64,000 nt of DNA from contig NC_090394.1 of NCBI RefSeq assembly GCF_036365525.1, forward strand, positions 65,273,743 to 65,337,742, given 5' to 3'. A program made the position numbers and the translations under genes. The notes beneath the pieces are model-generated. The model was not told where the DNA came from. It worked only from the letters and a program-made list of their open reading frames with translations, and made no database searches. The stretch comes from Heterodontus francisci. Taxonomy: Eukaryota. Positions within the stretch are counted from its first letter, which is position 1. Every line of letters starts with the position of its first letter. Shown piece after piece: positions 1 through 11,371 of this stretch.

Positions 1-37
1 ATAGGTTAGTAATTAAAAACTGGGTTATATTACCTAC

Positions 38-169
38 CTGACCATCTGAGTCATAGCCAGGGCCAGCACCTACTGACCCATCAGGCAATACCACAGCCAC
101 AGCATCAGCATCTCGAATGCCACTGTACACATACCGCCAGGCACGGTTATTCCTGGTACGACGAGACAT
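38..169 (-). CDS. SPSB3: SPRY domain-containing SOCS box protein 3, first coding exon (gene continues off the left end of the window)
   Basis: Reverse complement reads MSRRTRNNRAWRYVYSGIRDADAVAVVLPDGSVGAGPGYDSDGQ, matching the recalled human N-terminus MARRPRNSRAW...GYDSDGQ. Kozak context gccATG, acceptor ttgcag ending at 184, phase-0 donor CAG|gtaggt at 37. Head-to-head with NUBP2 as in human. Confidence 0.92.
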
Positions 170-386
170 GGCGCTCCTAAAACCTGCAACACAGTTACAT
201 TTGTACAATAAATTAGCCAAAGTATTGGACAGCTCTGGTCTTTAAGAAAAAAAAACTAAAAATTATTAGCCAGGTTTTATTAAAAGCCCAAGAAAACAAT
301 CTCCCAATTAAATCATTTTGATGGGATACTCTTAGAATCTGATTTTGCAGGAGACGCATTAAAAAAGTTCAAAAATTAGTTCAAGA

Positions 387-607
387 TAGAGCATGGCTAC
401 CCGACCCGAACCCGACGGGACCCAACGACACATGCCAGGTTCGCGTTGGGTTGGACACAGTGACAGCCAGGACGCCAAGGTGGGAAACACTCCACACTAG
501 TCTGCAGTGAGTAATTCCATCCAAGGTAGAGCACAACCTCTTCAATAAAGTTGATTATATTCCAGTGGTCGGGTCGGGTTTCATTTGCAGACCCAAACCG
601 GCCTTTA
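387..607. mobile_element. Non-autonomous hAT-like MITE
   Basis: 8-bp direct flanks GTTCAAGA at 379-386 and 608-615, TA..TA termini, subterminal CCCGACCCGA / TCGGGTCGGG motifs in inverted orientation. Confidence 0.6.
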
Positions 608-2409
608 GTTCAAGATACACAAGATATTATGCAAATTAAATATTTAAACAAATCCAGATATCACGAAATTAGCATTGTAAAAAAAAATGGCAATAGATGT
701 ATATGCAGCATCCTGGGGGTCACATTCCCTGCTTTTCCATTTTTTATCCTGGCCCTCTTCTGCCCATTTTGGTTGAGTTGTGGGGGGGGGGGGGGGGGGG
801 GGGTGGTGGCAGGGAGGGAAAAGGAGAAGAGGAAGAGTGTTAGAGGCTCACGAGTCCAATACAACCATCAGTTGTGGTTTGCATGAGAATCTGATTGTTT
901 TAAAGGTCAGCTGCCTTTGTGGTGCTTAACATTTGCAATCTGACAATAGTGAAGTGAAAAGGTATTCCTTTGTGCATCAAGCAAATATAGATTCTCTTCA
1001 CAGAAATTGCCTAATTATCACTGATCCATGATATAGACTTCTGTAGCGGCTGATGGTGCATTTTCAGTGGCTGAGTGTGCAAGACTGCATTCTCATTTTG
1101 ATTCTAAAACTTTGTATTCAGAAGAGCTTTTCCAAGTGCTGAAAATGAAAAGCCATAGACAGTTATGGTTATTGAAATGATGATTGGATCTTCTTTTATA
1201 TAGTTTGCCTGATTGATATGAGGGCTGTTTTGCTTGCTGGCAATATTACTGATCGAGATATGCATTGTTGATTTAGGATTCCCTGACAGACTTAAAATGT
1301 TGAAACACTGGTTGTGGTTTGTTTATTGGGTGCAAAGTCATTGTGAATTGTGGAAGTGGAATGAAATGAAGAATGAATGACTGCACATTTGATTGGTGAC
1401 TCAGATTGAGCAACAATGCTGAATGTGAAGGCAAGCTGATATACAGCAGACCAAAGCGATCACTATTGTTTTGTTCCAAAACAAATATACTGAATAGGAA
1501 AGAAAATGCACTTGGATCCATCTTAAAAGATGGATATTTATTATACAGGTTTCCTTCCTCAAAGTTTGAGTAGGTCCGACATATGATCCCACCAAATCAT
1601 ACCACAAAAAGCAATTCTGCTGGTGAACCATGCAAAGTCAAAGGCACCCCTGACTGTCAGCATATCAGCAAATATATATAGTGTATAAATATATTGAGAT
1701 CAGCAAATATAAATCAGAGCTGCATAATGACCAAAGAAAATCTAATCTGCTAAAAATGGAGGAATGTGGAGGGCTCTGCACATCCCAACGAAGAAAGCCA
1801 AAAGCAAATTGCCATGCAACAAGCACAGAAGTTTAAATGCTTAGGCATCCAACACAAACCAACTCCAGAAAAACCAGATCACAAAGCTGTACTCTATAGT
1901 ACCAAGAATTTATAACCTATCCGAAAGAAGAAATCCATATTACCAGTCACATCTACCAAATATATCCTGGTATTAAAGCTGACAGTTACATCATGTTCTT
2001 GGATATTTAAATCCCCAATAAACCCCAAGAACTGAAAGGTGCTTTATGGGACACCCCTCTTGGGGAAAAAATGAAGGATAGGTCAGAAAGTTATATGCTA
2101 GCTAGTCTTACTTTAGTTGTTGGCAGACTGAGATATGGAATGAAAATACTAAGCAGTTGGAGTTATCAAGGCCAGTCAGTGCAAATTTCTAATGAGATGG
2201 TGCTTAAACAATTGTACTAATATTTGAACAAAACAAAAAGGATAAAAAAATGCAGTAAATATAGGTTTTCAAAATGCATTTCACACAGTACAAGAGATTT
2301 ATGGCAGAGAGAACGACACATGGAATTACAGATTAAGATAATGATGCAGCAACAGAGATGGTTGGAGGGCAGAAAATGCAGGATAGGGATAAAATGACTT
2401 GCATTCATG

Positions 2410-2765
2410 ACCACCTGACATCCTGAAGCACTTTACCACCAATGAAGTACTTTCTGAAGTGTAGTCACTGTTCTAATGTTGGAAACAATAGCCAATTTGC
2501 ACACAGCAAGTTCCCACAAACATCAGCGCATAATGATCGTTGTTTTTGCGACTGATTGAGGGATAAATATTGGCCAGGACACGAGGGATAACTCCCCTGC
2601 TCTTGTTTTACATCCACTTGAGTGGGCAGACAAGGCCCTCGGTTTTACCTCTCATTCGAAAGACGCATCACTCTTTCAGTACTGCACTGCATCAGTCCTT
2701 TTGGGCTTGAGTCCTGAAGTAGGACCTTCTGACTCAGAGGAGAGTGTGCTACCAAATCAGCCATG
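2410..2765 (-). mobile_element. Deu-domain tRNA-derived SINE (SacSINE1-like)
   Basis: Shares the gccaatttgcacacagcaa...ttggccaggacac core and tRNA-like head with copies at 16955-17405, 46610-46830 and 57015-57425. Confidence 0.65.
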
Positions 2766-2929
2766 GTTGACAGACAGTGTAAAGGAAACTTTGTTGGACT
2801 GGTAGTGATGTTTTAGCCATTTACACACATGAACTTGCCTTAGTAACCAAGAACAATTACTGAAAGTTGCCAATATCACCAAATTTTGGAGGGGGTGAGG
2901 GAGCAAGACAAATTATGATCAGGAATGAA

Positions 2930-3760
2930 ATACTGCAGGACAATACAGAAAATGGAATTCAATCCAGAGAAGTGTGAGGTAATGCATTTGGGGAGGGCAA
3001 ATAAAGCGAGGGAATACACAATAAAAGGGAGGATATTGTGAGGGGTAGAAGATGTGAGAGACCTTGGAGTGCATGTGCACAGATCCTAAAGGTGGCAGGA
3101 CAGGTAGATAGAGTGAAGACAGCATATGGATTGCTTTCCTTTATTGTCCGAGGTATAGAATACAAAAGCAGGGATGTAATGCTGGAACTGTATACAACAC
3201 TGGGTAGGCCACAGTTGGAGTATTGTGTACAGTTCTGGTCACCACATTACAGAAAGGACATAACTGCTCTGGAGATTTACAGATTTAGTAATACAGTACA
3301 GATTTACAAGAATGTTGCCAGGGCTTGAAAGTTGCATCTATGAGGAAAGATTGGATAGGCTAGGATTGTTTTCCCTGGAATTGAGGAGACTGAGGGGTAC
3401 AAAATTATGAGGGGCCTAGATAGAGTAGACAGGAAGGACCCATTTCCCCTGGCGGGGAGGTCAGTTACCAGGGGACACAGATTTAAGGTGATTGGTAGAA
3501 GGATTAGGAGGGGACATGAGGAAAAATGTTTTCTCCCAGAGGGTGGTGGGTGTCTAGAACTCACCACCAGGAACGGTGGTGGAGGCAGAAACCCTCAATT
3601 CTTTTAAAAAGGTACCTAGACATGTACCTGACGTGATGTAACCTGTAAGGCTATGGACCAGGTACTGGAAGGTGGGATTAAATTGGGTGGCTAGTTTTTT
3701 CAGCTGACATGGACACGATAGGCTGAATGACCTCCTTCTGTGCTGTAATTGTTCCATGAT
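2930..3760 (+). mobile_element. CR1 LINE, 3' fragment
   Basis: Frameshifted ORF2 C-terminus (GIEYKSRDVMLELYTTLGRPQLEYCVQFWSPHY; DPFPLAGRSVTRGHRFKV) followed by the CR1 3' UTR. Confidence 0.9.
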
Positions 3761-3887
3761 TCTAATACAGATAAACTAGCAGGATGAGTTAAGAAGCTCA
3801 ATGCAGAAAAATGTCAAGAAACTCAAAAGAAAAGCAAGGAAACAATGTTGAACACAAAACCTCAGTTATGCTACAGTTTAAAAAAAG

Positions 3888-4580
3888 ATTATTCATGGGA
3901 TGTGGACGTCGCTAGCTAGGCCAGCATTTATTACCCATCCCTAATTGCCCTTGAGAATGTGGTGGTGAGCAGCCTTCTTGAACCGCTGCAGTTCATGTGA
4001 GATAGGTACACCCACAGTGCTGTTAGGAAGGGAGTTCCAGGATTTTGACCCAGCGATAGTGAAGGAACGGCGATATAGTTCCAATTCAGGATAGTGTGGG
4101 GCTTGGAGGGGAACTTGAAGGTGGTGGTGTTCCCATGCATTTGCTATCCTTGTCCTTCCCGGTGGTAGAGGTTGCGGGTTTGGAAGGTGCTGTCGAAGGA
4201 GCCTTGGTGCGTTGCTGCAGTGCATCTTGTAGATGGTACATACTGCTGCCACTATGCATTGGCGGTGGAGGGAGTCAATGTTTGTGAATGGGGTGCCAAT
4301 CAAGTGGGCTGCTTTGTCCTGGATGGTGTCGAGCTTTGAGTGTTGTTAGAGCTGCACCCATGCAGGCAAGTGGAGAGTATTCCATCACACTCCTGACCTG
4401 TAGCCAATATAGATGGCTGCTCCAGTTCAGTTTCTGGTCAATGGTAACCCCCAGGATTTTGATAGTGGGGGATTTAGCAATCGTAATGCCATTGAATGTC
4501 AAAGGGAGATGGTTAGATTCTCTCTTGTTTGAGATAGACATTGCTTGACACTTGTGTGGCGCAAATGTTACTTTCCACTT
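3888..4580 (-). mobile_element. CR1/L2-superfamily LINE (second family), 3' fragment
   Basis: Encodes ...AGSKSWNSLPNSTVGVP...HHHILKGN; near-identical to the longer copy at 20810-23505. Confidence 0.85.
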
Positions 4581-7500
4581 AGGATATCATCAAGCATGAA
4601 ATGTTAATTGTGGAGCAACATTTAAGTTTTGGATTTTTTTCCTCCGTAGCTTAGAAGAGTGAGGGGGGTGGTGACTTGAAGACCTTCAAGATTACAAAGG
4701 ACATATTAGGGTAAATTACAATTGATTGATATTGTTACTGTCTAACCAGTGAAAATAAGATCACAAAAATTTAAGGTTAAAAAACTTATTTGGACAGTGA
4801 TTAGAATGTGAAATTCTATAATTATTGCAAAGTTCCCAAACTACTTTTAAAGAGAACTGGATGGCTGATTGATAAAGAGTAAGTAGCACAACAAGATTAG
4901 ATAGCTTGTAAGGAAAAACACCATAGCAGACTTGATGGTCCAAAGTTTCTTCAACAGATTGCTTTAAACCATCGTGACTGAAATGAAGTCAGAATCTTTT
5001 TAAATTCATCTTGCATGTCAATTGAGAAAAATGTGGCTAAAGTAAACAATTTAAGCTCAGGAAAGAAAACTATGATTACATACAAGTATTAAGACTGAAA
5101 GAAGAAATTCTTAGAACAAGGAAACCAACAAGAGAAATGTTAATTGGATGCAGATCAGAAAAGGTAGGGAAAAGGGTTAATTTGTGAGGGACAACAAGGA
5201 AATGCCAGTCAGCAGTCACGCTGCTTAAGCATCCTAAATTTACTAATTAAAATCAGTTTAATGAGGGGACATTTTAATGCAAAAAAACCTTGCAAATCAG
5301 ATTTTATTCCCTATATTACCATGTTTCTATATTAACTATTGTCAGGCAGCCATCATGCCTCAAAGCCTCGAGGCCTGATCTGTTCTACTGGGCTGTTTTT
5401 TCCAGTTTGCTGAATTTTCAGCTTCAAACCACAGCAAAATTAACAAAAGCTCCAATCTTTATTCAAATTTTTCATTACAGCAGAATCAAGTAGCTATTTG
5501 TTTGCATTCATTAACTTTGGTTGATTCCCTGCAGCTTAACCAGTAAATCTCTAGGTATGCCAAAATAAAAATATTGTAGCCCTTGACCAGATACCCGATA
5601 GAAATCTTGATAGCGCAGGAGTGCCACAACAAGCCATTAACCAACAGTCCAGGTGTCAGGTTCTCAGAATGGAAATCTAGTCATACGTAAAATTTGAATC
5701 CCTAATTTTATATGCTTACCATTAAACTATACAGCAATCTCCTAGCCTTGGAATAACCCCTCATTTCACTGGGAAGTTTATTCTGCCAGTCTGGACTGAG
5801 CTTAGGTCCAGATTTAGAAGTATTATATGGTCTTACTCAGTCCTCATTATATATAGTCCTGGTTAATTTCCCCTACCAATATATCTAAAGAAGCCTAGGT
5901 AACAGATTAAATTTGAAAACAAAGCCAGCCATAAAGACCAAGAGGGCAACAGAGAGGGGAACTGGCATTCCAGCAATTCAGGAATGACTTACATCCCCAA
6001 ATACCAAAACTGGCCTAGTGGCAAGAAAGTGGCGTGACCGGAGAAAGGCAAAAGTAACTAACATCGTGGCACACTTGATTTTAAACTTTGATAGACAGGA
6101 GAAAAACTAAACGGTATGCAATGACCCTCCTTTTTGTGTCATGAAACTTTGTATTCATGGCCCACCATTGAACATCTCAGTTCACATAAAAGCAGCCAGG
6201 AGCCTCTCACAAGGTGAGAAGTAATGAATGGACATCCCTAACATTTCTCAAAACACCGTTGAATAAATGGAAAGAATTATTTGACGACAACTAATGACTG
6301 GGGGGGGGGGGGACTTGTAACCAGATTAAGAACTTTATGAACTATTTCAAGATGATGCTGGTCAGTCAATTAATGTTCCTCCCACAAATGAACACCCACT
6401 GAGCTGGATTGATCACTTTATCAATTATTGTTCAGACTCGTTCACAGTATGGTGACAAATAGCTTACTTTCACAATTCAACATCAGTCTGTAAGGAGGTA
6501 CAGATCAGATGATTCCTGCTCTTCGAGAGACAGAAGCACCTCTCCAAGCAATGTCTTGATAACACCAAGCAAAAAAATGATGATCTAATTCAGGGAGAAA
6601 TCTTTTTCATAAGTCAACTGGGAAGTTATTTGTGTTTAGTATTTTCCAGACTGCAAGAGCTCAACAGCTTGAAAACCTTAGCCAAGGTGGTGGAAGAGTC
6701 CACACAGGAGGAGGACAAGTGTAAACAAACTGAAGATATGTACATGAGTGGGGCTTCTCAGGTGACAGGTTCTTCCTAGACACAAGAGCTGGGTGTGGTG
6801 GAAGTTTGAAGATAGAGTTGAGGCTACAGCAGAAATCAGACAGAATAACAATCAGCCCATATAATCTCATTGTCTGGGTAGATTTGCGTGAGAGAAGGCA
6901 ATAAATCCAAAACAGGTTCCTTAATTTAGCTTGCCTTGCTCCACCCCTAAGATTTAATGCCCTTTTAAAAGCCAAACAGCATTAGATTCACCAGGATCAT
7001 TCCAGAGATGGGAAACTAAAGTTAGAGAGAGATTTCAGGTACAGAGGTTATTTCTATTGGAGTAGCGGAGGCCAAGAGGAGAGATTTATTTTAAAAAGTT
7101 TTGATGAAAGGGGTGGCGGAGGAAATAGAGGAAGATAATTTTCTCTTGTTAAGCAACATCCAGGGGCCATCAAATGAGGAGAAAAGTTAAGAAAATTCTT
7201 TAGAGTTGGAGCACAGACTGCTTTGCTATAAGTAGTTGAGGCAGAAATCTCTGCATCTTTTAAAAGGTAAAGGTGGATAAATATTTAAAACAAAAGTTAC
7301 GAGGTTAGGGGAAGTACAAGACAGGGCAGAATTAACTCTAGACTGCTTTGGCAAAAGTAGATACTGAGAACACACTCTTTTTCAGCTGTAAACATTTAGA
7401 ATTTGCTCATAGGAACACAAGTAGTAGAAGCAGGAGTAGACCATATAGCCCGTCGAGCCTGCATCACAATTCAATACTCATCAGCAACCATTACATCTTG

Positions 7501-8565
7501 CATGTACTTTTTAAATGTGAATCTATGCAAAATTTTGTTTATTTATTACCATGTCAAAGCTTGCACAAGGGAAGTTCCCACCATGAGAAAGGTCACACTA
7601 TTTATCAATAACAAAAATATATAAATACATTTATGATTTCATTACAGTGAAGAGCAAAACTCTTCCAATATCCCATCTTTGGGCAAACTGTCAGGGTCAG
7701 ATGAAACTAAGTTCTGACAGTCTCTAGTAATCATATCTAGATGGACTGATTCCATTAAAAAAGAAACTTACTTTAATGTGCACAGCACAGAAATAGATGG
7801 AAGAGTTAATAACAGCATTACATTGCAATTTTGATACAGAAATTCCACTCCATTAGAAAAGAAATATTCCCAAACCTTTAAAGAAATGTCAACTAGTCAG
7901 CATTTATTACATGGAAACTACCACTTTTTGATTCCCCAGGATCAATTTGTACACATCCAAAAAGGAGAAACATGACATATTGGGTCATATGTTTCAAATT
8001 TCTGAAGATGCCAATTGTTTGGTCCCACACCAATAGAATAATGATAAACCAGAAAAACTTTCAAAAGCAGCTCTGCAACATTATCAGGATAAAATTTCAA
8101 AAAAATAAAGCACTAACAACTCTACTAAATTACAATTCAGAAATTTAAGTCCAAGGACATCACAGTACCATCATCATACCTCAAGTCTCTGGTCTCATGG
8201 GCACATTAATTTTATTCTACAATACCACAATTTCTTGTTCAAGTGGACAACAGATAAGTTTGGATCTAAAACAACCCAGAAATATGATTGTTAAAAAGCT
8301 TGTAGGACTGACTTAATAACTGGAGTAAAATGAAATGCAACCGAGTAAATTCTAAAGGAAATTACACTACCCCTCTCTGAGAAATAGATCTACATTTTGT
8401 TGGAAGTATTATCGGAACTACTCAATTTCACAGACTCATCACCAGAGAAAAAAAAGTGAAGATAGCACATAATTGCGCACCCAAACCAAGAACAAAATAA
8501 AACTGACAGCTCATCTTCAACATAAATAACCTAGTCACATAGAAATAGCCGGGTTACGCACTCAC

Positions 8566-8637
8566 CGCATAAATCAACGTATAAAAAGCTGCTCAGGTAT
8601 GAATCGTGAACATTTAGTTTAATATACAGAAACTAAG
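8566..8637 (-). other. SPSB3: Candidate 72-nt non-coding 5' UTR (cassette) exon of SPSB3
   Basis: Minus strand has a strong acceptor tatttctttcccctcccttgcag| and a strong donor GCG|gtgagt. It lies between the promoter and the first coding exon. Confidence 0.45.
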
Positions 8638-9135
8638 CTGCAAGGGAGGGGAAAGAAATATCGGGAGTTCAGGCATTTGCACCACATAAGAAATGTGACT
8701 TGATAACATCGTACATTGTACGACTGTTGTGTAGTTAAACAATGTGCAATTGCTCGCTCTTGATCTATAACGAAAACCAGCCACAAAAAAAATCTTTTGT
8801 GCTTTGCATTGCATTCAGCCGTTTCCCTCCCTCTCCAAGTTTTATAATACAGGAGCGTGGAAGTTTATAGTGGAAGATAAACCCATTACAATGAATTATA
8901 CCAGCTTGTTGAGGATTTTCCACACAATAGCTCAGTTTTACACAACAGGAGAAGAAACCTCAAACGCGACCCCGAGAGCGCGACACAAACCAGGGAAGCC
9001 TGCGAATCTAGCCCCTGGATCCTCAGGCCTCAAACCTCACACATTAATTAAAAACACCACAGAAAGCACCTCCATCTGCAAAAACTACTCCTCAGCAGCA
9101 CCTTCTAAAAGGCTGTTTGTATCCAAGTTACCCAC

Positions 9136-9210
9136 CTTGATTAACACCCTAACTGCCCCTCTCTCGCTTCCTGCCGTGACAACGACAAAGCTTCCACCCT
9201 ATCGCTACTC
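9136..9210 (-). other. SPSB3: Candidate non-coding exon 1 of SPSB3 (5' end approximate)
   Basis: Donor TCAAG|gtgggt at 9135 on the minus strand, at the left edge of the CpG island. TSS not determinable from sequence. Confidence 0.35.
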
Positions 9211-9690
9211 GCTCAACCTAACGCGATTGTTTTTTTTCTACATAGGCTGCTTCTCAACCAAACTTGAATCCCCGCCCCTCCCTTCGTCACTGCAGCCCGT
9301 TTCCAATACGTCTATGGGACTAACGTCATAGAAATCCGTCCAATGAGTGGTTAGCTTGCACGTCAATCATACAGCCCCTGTCTGCCCCGCCCACCAACCC
9401 CCCCGCCCTTCAACTGGAGGTCGATCAGCGCAAGTGCAGAACGCGAGCTTTTGGAGGGGAGGTGTTGGTGAAGGTGCGCGTGCGTGGGGACAGCCACGTG
9501 ACGTACATGTGGTCGCGCGCGCGTGTAGCCACGTGACCGGCTGCGCGGAACTGAACAACATGGCGGCCGCGGAAGGTAACGCCTAAGGAGTTGGGGTTAG
9601 AAGCGCCGTGTTGGAAAAGTGAGGTGCGCTTGGAAGGGAAGGACAGGCCACCGACTCGAAGCGGCCCTTTCATCCGTCTGTCGAGCTAGT
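9150..9690. promoter_or_regulatory. CpG-island bidirectional promoter shared by SPSB3 and NUBP2
   Basis: The main CpG-dense non-TE stretch of the window. GC boxes CCCCGCCC (~9270, ~9385, ~9400), CCAAT (~9303, ~9340), CRE-like TAACGTCA/CACGTCA, two CCACGTGAC E-boxes (~9495, ~9529) and a YY1-like AACATGGCGGC over the NUBP2 ATG. Confidence 0.8.
9560..9575 (+). CDS. NUBP2: Cytosolic Fe-S cluster assembly factor NUBP2 (CFD1), exon 1
   Basis: ATG GCG GCC GCG GAA G|gtaacg: 16 nt, phase 1, joins exon 2 in frame (MAAAE-D-NL; human MEAAAEPGNL). Confidence 0.85.
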
Positions 9691-9899
9691 TTAGTCTGAG
9701 TTTTAAGGGGTTAGTGTCAGTCATGTACCAATGCCGAGGCCAGCTCGCTGTTCTCAGTTAACAATGTTTTTTTCCCAATATGGCATTTTAATTGTTATCT
9801 AGTTTTATATGTGAAGTTATTAGCGCTCTAAGTAATGAAAGACATAAATCAGTGTAAATAAGCAGCCCGAGGAAAGTGCCGAACGTAACGGCATGAGTC

Positions 9900-11260
9900 A
9901 GAGTAGTGAGAACATAAGAAATAGGAACAGTAGGCCGAATAATTATAGTCAGTCTACCCTCAGTAGTGGACAAATTATTGGAATCTATTCTGAGAGACAG
10001 GATAAACTGTCACTTAGAAAGGTACAGGTTAATTAAGAATAGTCAGCATAGATTTGTTAAGGGAAGGTCATGTTTGACCAACTTGATTGAATTTTTTGAA
10101 GTAACAAGGAAGATAGATCAGGGCAGTGCAATTGATGTGGTCTACATGGATTTTGGCAAAATTTTTGACAAGGTCCCACATGGCAGACTGGTTACAAAAA
10201 TAAAATCCCATGAGATCCAGGGAAATGCAGCAAGGTGGATACAAAATTGGTTCAGTAGCAGGCAACAAAGGGTAATTGGGTAATTGTTGATGGGTGTTTT
10301 AGCGACTGGAGGGCTGTTTCCAGTGGCGTTCCGCAGTGCTCAGTATTGGGTCCCCTGCTTTTTGTGGTATATATTAATGATTTGGACGTAAATGTAGGGG
10401 GCATGATGACGTTTGCAGACGACACAAAGATTGGCTGTGTGGTAGATAGCAAGGAGGATAGCTGCAGGAAGACATTGATGGTCTGGTCAGATGGGCAGAA
10501 AACTGGCAAATGGAATTCGACCTGGAGAAGTGTGAGGTGATGCATTTGGGGAGGTCATTGGAAAATACTGAGAAGTGTAGGGAAAGTGAAGACCTTGGAG
10601 TGAATGTCCACAGATCCCTGAAGGTAGCAGGACAGGTTGATCAGGTGGTTAAGAAGGCTTATGGAATCTTTTCATTTATCAGTTGAGGTATAGAATATAA
10701 GATCAGGGAGGCTATGCTGGTACTGTATAACTCATTGGTTAAGCCACAGCCTAATACTGTGTGCAGTTCTAGTCACCTCATTACAGAAAGGATGTAATTG
10801 CATTAGAGAGGGTACAGAGGAGATTTACGAGGATGTTGCCAGGACTGGAAAAATGCAGCTATGAGGAAAAATTGAATACGCTGGGGTTGTTCTTGGAAAT
10901 GTACAAAATTTTCAGGGGCCTGGATGGAGTGGAGTTGAAGGGTCTATTCACCTTAGCAGAGAGATCAGTGACGAGGGGGCATAGATTTAAAGTGATTGGT
11001 AGAAAAATTAGAGGGGAGATGAGGGAAAACTTTTTCACCCAGAGGGTGGTGGGGGTCTGGAACTCACTGCCTGAAAGGGTAGTTGAGGCAGAAACTCTCA
11101 ACTCATTCAAAAGGAGTCTGGATATGCACCTCAAGTGCTGTAATCTGCAGGGCTACGGGCCAAATGCTGGAAGGTGGAAATAGAATAGGTGGATCATTTT
11201 TCAGCCTGCACAGACACAATGGGCCAAGTGGCCTCTTTCTGTGCCGTAAACATTCTGTGA
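9900..11260 (+). mobile_element. CR1 LINE, 5'-truncated and degenerate
   Basis: RT fragments (QHRFVKGRSCLTNLIEFF, YINDLD..FADDTKIG, ERSVTRGHRFKV) across frameshifts, plus the 3' UTR. Confidence 0.9.
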
Positions 11261-11371
11261 TTCGGCCCCTCGAGCCTGCTCCAACATTCGATAAGATAAT
11301 GGCTGATCTGATTGTGGCCTTAACTCCACTTTCCTGCTTGCCCATATAACCCTTGGTTGATCAAAATTTTG

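Noticed and set aside
782-803. G22 run (also G-rich tracts at 6300-6312 and ~51045-51100) as functional G-quadruplexes, and the poly-Pro/Gly ORFs over them
   Set aside because: Simple homopolymers, often error-prone in assemblies; no supporting context.
8804-9673. ORFs of 175, 79, 64 and 82 aa over the promoter
   Set aside because: No recognisable homology; by-products of the CpG island. Only the final MAAAE is real (NUBP2 exon 1).
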